A DNA stretch of 29,181 bases, from assembly GCF_006345805.1 (NCBI RefSeq), contig NW_021833143.1, forward strand, positions 1 through 29,181. Reading direction: 5' to 3'. Numbering within the stretch: the stretch's first letter is position 1; each line of letters starts with the position of its first letter. The notes beneath the pieces are model-generated. The model searched no databases and was not told where the DNA came from. It was given only the letters and a program-made list of their open reading frames with translations. Of the stretch, positions 20,264 through 29,181 are shown in pieces. Source of the stretch: Octopus sinensis. Its lineage: Eukaryota. A program made the position numbers and the translations under genes.

Positions 20264-20388
20264 TTTATTTTATAGAAGGAGCTTCTACAGGACGAAACTG
20301 TTTCATCAAAAGAAATCATCAGGCTTCCTGATGATTTCTTTTGAATGAAACAGTTCTAGTCCTGTAGAAGCTCCTTCTATAAAATAAA
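20264..20388. repeat. ~60-bp-arm fold-back with a 3-nt loop and a partial hammerhead core
   Basis: Arms meet at CTT (20324-20326). The right arm begins CCTGATGA-TTTC-TTTT-GAAT-GAAAC. Confidence 0.85.
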
Positions 20389-20462
20389 TTAATTTACTCT
20401 GCTATGTATTGAGTACCTTATTTACTGTGGTTAACCCCGACTCAACCCGGGACCTACATATA

Positions 20463-20503
<41 letters not shown>

Positions 20504-20524
20504 GTATGTATGTGTGTGTGTGTA

Positions 20525-20668
20525 CAATGGGCTTCTTAAAGTTTCCATCTACCAGATCTGTTCGTAAGGCTTTGGTTGGCCTAAAGCTATAGTAGAAGAC
20601 ATTTATCCAGAGTGTTACACAGTGGGACTGAACCTGGAACCGTGTGGTTGGGAAGCAAGCTTCTTATC
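20525..20668 (-). mobile_element. SINE family A, 5' part
   Basis: CAGTGGGACTGAACCTGGAACCGTGTGGTTGGGAAGCAAGC. Confidence 0.75.
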
Positions 20669-20899
20669 ACATACTTACATATATATATATTTAAATATAC
20701 TTACATAGATTATATAGATACACATACACACATATATATTTATATATATTTTCCTTTATATACATATATTTTTATATACATAAATAGAAACTTACACTAA
20801 TACATCATATACATACTTGCATATATACATACAGGCATACAAACATACACACATACACACACATATATATATACAAATAAAAGTATGTATGTACATGTG

Positions 20900-20968
<69 letters not shown>

Positions 20969-21160
20969 GTGCACACACATATATACATACATAAAAGAGT
21001 GTGGGTATGTGTGTATGCCACACAAGAGACTTCACTATTATTTATGTATGTGTGTGTTTTGATATAAACATTGCTTATTTTGCTTTCATCTTTCAACCTT
21101 AAAAAAAAAAAATCATCCTCATTTGAATCCACTCCATTAATAATTTTTCTGATGATTTAC

Positions 21161-21269
21161 CTTTGGCTGTGAAGCCAAGCAAAGCCGCATGTGCATGGTT
21201 GCTTTTAGTCCTGAGGCCATTTTGCAAACAAGATGACACAAGGAGCTTAAATACCAATCCATAAAAGTG
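21161..21269 (-). CDS. Candidate 109-nt internal exon of an unidentified gene
   Basis: Acceptor ttttggttacag|C and strong donor AAG|gtaaat. Two open frames: HFYGLVFKLLVSSCLQNGLRTKSNHAHAALLGFTAK or TFMDWYLSSLCHLVCKMASGLKATMHMRLCLASQPK. Confidence 0.5.
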
Positions 21270-21321
21270 CTGTAACCAAAATAATTTCTAATGCAAAACA
21301 TTTTCTAACATTCTATCATGA

Positions 21322-22800
21322 TCTATATCTATAAAACTCAAAATGTGTGTGTGTGTGTATGCTTTTTATGTGTTTCCACATTTTTCATCCGATTTTGATG
21401 AAATTGTTTTTATTAAATAGCAAATTTACCTACGCAAGTCACTGCCCCATTATTGATGCCTAGAGATACCCCCTTCTAGGGGAAAAATCAATGAAACTGA
21501 AGGGACACCCCTGACTTTTTGCAAAAAAATGCAAAAGTTGCATATGAGAAAAGTTTCTACAGGAACGTCCAGTTTTTATAATTTTGGTGTCAAAAGGACC
21601 GTCATGTTGTGACATTTCAGACAAATATTTTGGAACTGCCTTGAGGCCTCTGATTTCCAAGAAAATTGTGAAAAACTTTGAAAAAAAAAATCGATTTTTC
21701 ACATTTTTGCAAAGTTACATGGTAGAAAACTTTTTACTGGAAAGTTCGATTTCCTTGGTTTTTATAGCTAAAAAACCACCATGTAGCGACAGTTCTATCA
21801 AGTATCTGTTCTATGTCCAAAAGCATCCCTGTGCAACAAAAACCATGAAAAACTGTGAAAACTTTTTTTCCCCTTTAAATCTTCAAAAACTTCTCACTGC
21901 TTTGGTGGATTGCATTCAAACTTTACACACTATTTACTCATCCTAAGGATAATGCTAGGAGACCCCAATTTGCACATAATTCATCTGCATATGACCAACT
22001 ATTGCAAAAAACTGGGTAGAAAACTGGTTTTTTGCCCTTAAATCCCTAATTTTTGACCAAACATGAAGGCCCAGCTTTTCGTCAACATATTGGGTGACTT
22101 CTCCAAGCAACTTCTCACCATTGATAATGGCACAGCTCCCTCTGATACAGCTGGAGAGATGGCTATCTCACATGTAGGCACACCTGTGTACAACATTACA
22201 ACTGCTGTTTTTCCCAATCTGCACATAAACTACCAAAACCTAAATTGGCAGCGCAAAAGAGCCATTTTAGCTCCCAAAAACACATTTGTTGCGAAACTCA
22301 ATGAAGACCTACTGCGAAGCCTTCATGGAAACCTTCACACTTACATATCTGTGAACACTTGTGGACCAAGAAGAGACTGTTAACTTTCCCACAGAATTCC
22401 TCAATTCCTTGGACCCCTCCAGACTACTGCCTCATCAACTGCACCTCAAAATTGGAGCTCTGGTCATGCTGCTGAGCCATCATGTCTGTGCAACGGAATG
22501 TGGTTATTGGTAAAAAATGTACTGCCTCATGTTATTGAAGCAACAATTCTTATGGGTTGCAGCATTAAAGACGTTGTCTTTATACCCAGGATAACTCTTA
22601 CTCCATCAGATAAGCAATGTCTGTCCCTTGCGTCAACTTCAGTTCCCTCTTTGACTTTGCCATGTCCATCAACAAGTCCCAAGGCCAAACGCTAACAACG
22701 ACAGGTCTCCATTTAAGCCAACCATGCTTCTTGCAATGCAAATTATGTCGGATGCTCAACAGTCAGGTGCACTGAGAGCCAAAATTGAAAAATATTGTCT
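21322..22800 (+). mobile_element. Helitron relic: 5' TC end plus Pif1-like helicase C-terminal fragment (22040-22800)
   Basis: A|TCTATATCTATAAAACTC at 21322; RAILAPKNTFVAKLN; NFPTEFLNSLDP; LHLKIGALVMLL; FIPRITLTPS; MSINKSQGQTL. It is an inference that the 5' end and the helicase belong to the same copy. Confidence 0.75.
21470..22032. mobile_element. Unclassified non-coding repeat between the Helitron 5' end and helicase (possible nested non-autonomous DNA element)
   Basis: No meaningful ORF; weak inverted similarity of the ends (AGGGGAAAAATC vs GTTTTTTGCCCT). Confidence 0.3.
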
Positions 22801-23444
22801 AACGTTAAGTTCTGTAGGCCGTCCAACGTGCCGCAACTTCCCTGCTGGACCGGTTTATGCTGACTGAATACTGTTGTTGCCGTTCTTTCAAAATTACCTA
22901 TTTTTCTTAAGTCTTTTTTCTGCTACAGCTTCTCAATCTCCTTGCAGATGGTTTGAGTTTTGGCATCACTGCACCCACTGCTTTTCATGTGAACAAAAAG
23001 GCCGGTTATACCTATGAACGGTTAACAATCCTCTTCAGGGCCATTGTGAGAACAATAACACAGCCCTTTTCAGGGCCACTTTACATTCAATTGTTGCGTC
23101 CCCTGAGATGCTCTTGTGGCTTCTCCAAGGCTTTCCACCCTGTTGTTACTACTTTATTTATGGTCTATGGGAAAAACCACTTCTTCCTCAATGTCAATGT
23201 TTGCAACTTAATGCAAAAAATATTCCAAGAGATGTACAAGGAAAAATGGTGGGCCCCAGGTTCCCAGTCAACTTGCACCTCGGGGTTGTGTTTTCTTCAG
23301 GTACTATCAACTAATCTCGCCTCCTAATATACTGCAGAGGACTTTTCTCCTCTTTGCGGCATATTAGGTGGTCAGAATAATGGCTATTTTGTATGTTTAA
23401 TAACTGCTATTTCTAGTATACTAAACAACCACGTTAAAGACGGA

Positions 23445-23590
23445 CAGTTGATTAGTTTGACCCCGGTATGCAACAGGTACTTAATGTATCGACCCCGAAA
23501 GGATGAAAGGCAAAGTCGACCTCGTCGGAATTTGAACCGTGAATGTAAAGACAGACGAAATACTGCTAAGCATGTTTTGCCTGGCTTGCT
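23445..23590 (-). mobile_element. SINE family B fragment
   Basis: CGACCCCGAAAGGATGAAAGGCAAAGTCGACCTCG..GGAATTTGAAC. Confidence 0.85.
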
Positions 23591-24924
23591 GAAGATTCTG
23601 CAAGCTTACGTCTTAGAGATCAAGCTAATAATATTAACTGTGAATGTCTCTGATTTTTGGTTTTGAATTCTTTATTAAGTCTCTATAACTTCAGTTCATC
23701 TTGGGTGGCAGATATCAAGGCATCTGGCAATTTATGGAACTGTAACTAACTGAAGAAACTATAACTAGTGTGTCAATCTGTGACAGTCTGTATGCTAACA
23801 GATCAATGACTCGTTTTCTTTTCTCTCTTTCATTCGTTATCTGGTCACTGACTTCATAACAAAGGGATATTTGATTGCGAATTGCCTAACCCATTTAGCT
23901 AAAAATAGATATACAAAATAACAAATTGTAGGTGATGTAAAATGATACCCAAAACCCTATCGGTCATTTGAAACTAGTTTTTTCTCTTTGTTTGATTGAT
24001 TGTTTACACGCTTGTATGTACGACATTCTGAAGAAAATAAATAACAATTACAATTTTTTTTTTGTTTTTAGAAAATAATTAGTCAACTGTTGTCACCAGC
24101 ATTAATGTGAGCAATCCTAATACGTAATTCAAATCCATGTATAATTAAGCGGTTAAACTTACAATCCCCACTACCACCACCTCCTTTAATTTATTTATCA
24201 ATCTATTCCCTATCATAACTCCACGCCTGGCTACTGTCCAGACATTGTTTTTATATATTTAAAGACTTTATTTCCTTGAAACTGTAACTGATAAGAATAT
24301 TCATTGTTCTCGCTGTCGTCATCAGTGTTGTTGCTGCTGTTGTTGTTGTTGTTGCAGCTTCAAACAAGTCCCAGTCTAGCAAGACCTTTGTTCAAATCGT
24401 GAACATCCTGTCTTTTAAGGTCATCTCACGTGATTTAAGATCACTATTAACACAGTGGTACACAATATTGACTTGTACAACCATTTGATATATTTTATAT
24501 ATCAAATGGTTGCATAACGAAACACCGTGCCCCTATTCAGCCTTTTAAATTTTATCCATGAACGGAAGTCCATATTATCTAATGCTGTAGGGCTTGATTC
24601 AAAGATTTCGTTGCTATTCCTAACAAGTCAAGTGACCACTTAGAGGATCTCCTTAACTTAACATGTTTCTTTTATTTTTTACCTAGTAAACGTAGACAAA
24701 ATACTGTTCGTTATATTAGTTTATTTCTCGTGATTTTAACTTGACCCCAGTTATATGAAACTTTCCTCTATTATATGAAAAACATCTTATCATAACTTGA
24801 TCCGTTATATAAAATGAAATATGTAGTGGTGAAAATAAATGTAGCAGCAATGGAGGGCAAAAGGAAAATTTTAAAAAGTGTTTCAAACTTAAGCTCTTTA
24901 TGAAAAAGAAATATATATTGACTA

Positions 24925-25306
24925 CTAGCAGTATCGCCCGGCGTTGCTCGGGTTTGTAAGGGAAATAACTATATAAGCATTTTTAGAGATGTAAAGTATA
25001 ATAGCCATCTCAATATGGCTAACCACAAAGGGGGGAGGTGTTACTGTAGCTTTTTACGTTCTGAGATTTAATAAATTTTTAGAGAGTTACTTCCCTTATA
25101 TATGCCAAAAATGCATTAAATGGAGGAAATTGATGGTAATTTTTTTTAAATCGTAGACTCATCGTAGACGCGCGCTAATACCCAGAAGGGCTCGATAGGA
25201 ATCATGACTATAAGATACCCGGTTTGGTTAAACTGCACGCAAATGTGGAGTAGTTAGGAATCTAAATCGTAGGAGAGACAGCACACAACCTCTCTATATA
25301 TAAAGA
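24925..25306 (-). mobile_element. Non-autonomous Helitron, copy 1
   Basis: Minus strand starts TC at 25306 and ends CTAG at 24925 followed by T. Subterminal hairpin CCCGAGCAACGCCGGG. Confidence 0.88.
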
Positions 25307-25820
25307 CTAGCAGTAAGTATCACCCGGCATTGCTCGGGTTTGTAAGGGAAATAACTATATAAGCATTTTTAGAGAGTTACTTCTTCCCTTATAAATTCGG
25401 GCTTTCTTAGCCATTTTTGTTTTGGTGTCTTCAAGCCATGAAGTCGTTCTAAAAGACGCTGGTCTCCTTCACAACGCATTACGACGTTGATTTCTTTACC
25501 ACTCCCTTCCCCACAGCTTCACGAGGGAGGGAAGAAGGGGGAGAAGCAAACAGGTGCAGCTGTGAGCGTGGACGCCAACAACTCGCCGCCATCGACACAC
25601 GATGCATTCATTTTATGCATTAAAATGGAATAAAAATGATGTTAAATTATTTTTAAAATCGTAGACTCAGTTGACGCGCGCTAATAGTCAGACGGGCTCA
25701 ATATGAATCACGACTATAAGATACCAGAATTTGGTTAAACTGCACCCAAAATGTGGAGAGGAGTTAGGAATCTAAATCGAAGGGACAGACACTCAACAAC
25801 TAGAGTTTTATATATATAGA
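25307..25820 (-). mobile_element. Non-autonomous Helitron, copy 2, with a different central segment
   Basis: A|TCTATATATATAAAAC at 25820; ends CTAG at 25307. Both ends are shared with copy 1. Confidence 0.88.
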
Positions 25821-26077
25821 TATACTGTCGTACAGTAATCATATTGTTGATACTTGATATAATCAACCATCACTGAGAGCCAACGAGAAAGCTGCTACCA
25901 CAACATTTGATTTACAGGAAACAGCAACCAAACACACTCTCAGAATCACATCATTAAAAAAAAAAAAAAGACACCTTGGATAATGTGGACCTGAATTTCT
26001 TGCCTAGAAGAAAAAAATGGGATGGGCATGATTAGAAGTCTTAATGATCAGTCTTGCTGATTAATGGATAAATACTA

Positions 26078-26175
26078 CTGCTGCTGTGTGGTGGTGGTGG
26101 TGGTGGTGGTGGTGGTGGTGGTGGTCCTACCACTGCTACATACATTGCTGCTGCTACTGCTACAGCTACCACTGG
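26078..26175. repeat. (GGT)n and (CTG/CTA)n microsatellites
   Basis: Read directly. Confidence 0.9.
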
Positions 26176-26831
26176 GGGCATTGTGTAAAGGTAGCAAGGA
26201 GCACCCTCACCTATAGATATAGATGTGAAGTAGTACAAAAATTTTCTGTTTCCCTCTTCATATTTGTTAAGACAAGATGGACACTAAAAGTGTTATAGCC
26301 CCTGCACTCATCCAGCCATTGAGAGCTCTTTTATCACTTCTCTGGCTACTATCTCTATCTTTAATAACATCATTTACTCCAGTTAGTTATGGAGTCTCTA
26401 CATGATCATTCCACCTGCTAGAAATAGCAGCAAAACAGAAAATACCCTCATCGAATCATGCTCTACAATATCAGAAGAGAACAAGTTGGAGGATAACGTG
26501 ATACTCAACTTTCAATGCATTTATAAATAAGAGAAAGACAGGATGGTCATAGATGGAATATCTTTGATCATAAGGCTGCTTGATCATGGTTTAACTGGAG
26601 TCAAACAGCTATCTTTTATCTTCTACTTGCTTCAGTCATGTTGGGGTTCCAAATTCAAGGGTTCAGTCAAAGAAAATGGACCCCGGTACTTATTTTTAAA
26701 AACCTGGTATTCTGTCATTCTCTTTTTGCTAAACTGCTGAGTTATGGGGACATAAACAAACCAACACTGGTTGCCAAGCAGTGGTGGGAGATAAACACAG
26801 TCACTAACACACATGCATGGTACCCTAACCA

Positions 26832-27110
26832 GCACTCTGTCGTTTACGACGAGGAGGGTTCCAGTTGATCCAATCAGGGGAACAGCTTGCTTGTGAGAAT
26901 AATATGCAAGTGGCTGAGTACTCCAGACATGCATAACCTTGACATAGTTCTCAGGGAGACTCAGCTTGACACAGAATGTGACAAGACTGGCCCTTTGAAT
27001 TACAGGTACTCCTTATTTTTGCTAGCTGAGTGCATTGGAGCACCATGAAATAAAGTGACTTGCTCAAGGACACAATGCATCGCCAGGAATCCAACCTAAG
27101 CACTAAGCCT
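26832..27110 (-). mobile_element. tRNA-headed SINE, family C (diverged)
   Basis: Minus strand: GGTTGGATTCC B-box-like, TCCTTGAGCAAGTCACTTTA post-tRNA motif, ending CCCTCCTCGTCGTAAACGACAGAGTGC. Confidence 0.65.
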
Positions 27111-27414
27111 TCACATGTACCTTCACATGCATACACACATGAATTTGTGTTGCAAGATATAAGGATACACATCATAGAAAAACATAACGGACTAAGTGGA
27201 GTAGGAGCACACATGAGGATGGTTAAGTGTTGCTGAAGAGGTCACAGATGTGTGAGGAAAGATTTTCGGACAATGGACATGAGTTAGAATTAAAACAGTA
27301 ATAACCAAGTGAAGAACAATTATATAGAGTGTGTGTGTGTGTGTGTGTTTGGCAAAAGAAGAAAATAAAAAAAGAAATAGTTTATCAGTACGTGTGTGTG
27401 TACGCATGTGTGTA

Positions 27415-27545
27415 TCAACATCATCATCATCATCGTTTAACGTCTGTTTTCCATGCTAGCATGGGTTGGACCGGTTCAACTGGAGGTCTGGGAAGCCTGG
27501 TGCAGCCTACTGGCTTCCCAGACCCCAGTTGAACCGTCCAACCCA
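27415..27545. mobile_element. RTE 3' tail folded back on itself
   Basis: TGGGTTGGACCGGTTCAACTGGAGGTCTGGGAAGCC (27462-27497) is followed by an inverted copy ending at 27545. Confidence 0.85.
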
Positions 27546-27874
27546 CATGCATACACACACGTATTGATAAATCAAGTATAATGCTTAAAAATAAGCATTG
27601 AGCTGGGGTGTATTTGTTCAGCTTGACTCTTGAAGGTGGTGCTCCAGCATGACTGCCAGTCTAATGACTGGAACATGTACAAGATAACAGAATAAAAGAA
27701 TGTAAGGATAAAGAATGTCCTGAAGATGCTATCTTTCCAGTCTAATTGCATGCAGTGGCAGCGGCTACACAATGCAGACAATGGCTACAATTGTTCCTTC
27801 CACCATCGTTTAACATCTGCTTTCAATGCTGGCATGGGTTAGATGGTTTCCCGTGGAGCTTTCCAGATTCCAAA

Positions 27875-28274
27875 TACTTTACTTACTTTTACTTTTACTT
27901 GTTTCAGTCATTTGACTATGGCCATGCTGGAGCACCGCCTTTAGTCGAGCAATTCGACCCCGGGACTTATTCTTTGTAAACCCAGTACTTATTCTATCGG
28001 TCTCTTTTGCCGAACCGCAAAGTGACGGGGACGTAAACACACCAGCATCGGTTGTCAAGCAATGCTAGGGGGGACAAACACAGACACACAGATATATTAT
28101 ATTATATACATACTATATATGACGGGCTTCTTTCAGTTTCCGTTCTACCAAATCCACTCACAAGGCATTGGTCAGCTGGGGCTATAGCAGAAGACACTTG
28201 CCCAAGATGCCACGCAGCGGGACTGAACCCGGACCAGGTGGTGGTTAGCAAGCTACTTACCATACAGCCACTCC
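27875..28274 (-). mobile_element. SINE family A (near full length)
   Basis: Collinear with 2428-2815 at high identity. Confidence 0.92.
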
Positions 28275-28394
28275 TGCGCCTAGGTTCCTTTATTGAAAAT
28301 CGTCCTTGCTGAGACTGTCAGCAAACTCCTCTATAACACCCAACCATGACAACAACTACAACAAACTCATTGGGTAATGATAATCCCTGAAATT

Positions 28395-29100
28395 TTAGGG
28401 GAGGTGGCCACTAGATTACAATGACCCAGTGTTGACTGGTACTTATTTTATCAGTGAATAGCAAAGCCACTCTTGGCAGAATCTGAACTCAGAATGTAAA
28501 GATGGACAAATGCTGCTAAGCAATTCAATGCCGCCTGAACAATGATTATAATTATCATATCAACTTTTTGGCACAAGGGCAGCTCAGGGTAGGTGGGGGA
28601 GTCAATTATATTGACCCTAGGGTTCAACTGGTACTCATTTTATTGACCCCAAAGGATAAAAGGCCAAAGTTGATCTCGGCAGAATGATATAATAATATAT
28701 AATGATAATAATCTTTTCTACTCTAGGCACAAGGCCCGAATAGCTATAATTTATTGCCCGGAATGATGGAAGGCACAGTTGACCTCGGCAGAATTTGAAC
28801 TCAGAAATGTAGAAATGGGCAAAATGCTTATTCTTTACTACCCACAAGGGCTAAACGCAGAGTGGGCAAACAAGGACAGACCAACGGATTAAGTCGATTA
28901 TATCGACCCAGTGCGTAACTGGTACTTATTTATTGACCCTCTAAGGATGAAAGGCAAAGTCGACCTCGGCGGAATTTGAACTCAGAACGTAACAGCAGAC
29001 GAAATACCGCAAAGCATTTCACCCGGTGTGCTATGTTTCTGTCAGTTTCACACCCTAGGTGAAATACTGCTAAGCATTTCGTCAAGCATTGCTAATGGTT
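28395..29100 (-). mobile_element. Stack of at least 4 SINE family B copies or fragments in the same orientation
   Basis: The CTGGTACTTATT..GACCC..GGAT(G)AAAGGCAAAG..GACCTCGGC block recurs at ~28435, ~28630, ~28770 and ~28920. Confidence 0.8.
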
Positions 29101-29181
29101 CTACATCTCACTGCCTTAACGATATAATAATCTTTATACTAATTCTTGTATTCGCCACAAGGGTGCTTACCGTAAACTAAC

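Noticed and set aside
22953-23327. 124-aa plus-strand ORF as a gene
   Set aside because: Non-ATG start (TTG), no recognisable domain and no consistent splice structure; kept only as an unexplained region.
26272-26381. Signal-peptide-like plus-strand exon MDTKSVIAPALIQPLRALLSLLWLLSLSLITSFTP
   Set aside because: Leu/Ser richness follows from CT-rich DNA, and the GTTAGT donor sits at the edge of a repeat-like segment. Chance is plausible.

Overview
Eukaryotic, AT-rich, repeat-saturated DNA, probably intronic or intergenic. The SINE, RTE and Penelope sequences resemble octopod cephalopod repeat families I recall; this is recognition, not a database hit. No complete protein-coding gene is visible. 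Almost all ORFs in the track are microsatellite translations or decayed transposon pieces. Recognisable content: a 5'-truncated RTE-clade LINE (6365-9156, YADD intact) plus several RTE 3' fragments; three tRNA-headed SINE families; two deleted mariner copies; a hAT end; two decayed Helitron Rep/helicase relics; a perfect head-to-tail pair of non-autonomous Helitrons; and Penelope-like (PLE) fragments, one with a GIY-YIG remnant. The most notable signal is a set of type I hammerhead ribozyme motifs with palindromic stem III in fold-back, PLE-like segments. One sits in a 362-bp retrozyme-like unit (14031-14510), has a U3-A8 core, and has an inverted copy that stops at the predicted cleavage site. 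A few unique-sequence islands carry plausible minus-strand exons of an unidentified host gene. All folding, alignment and translation was done by eye.
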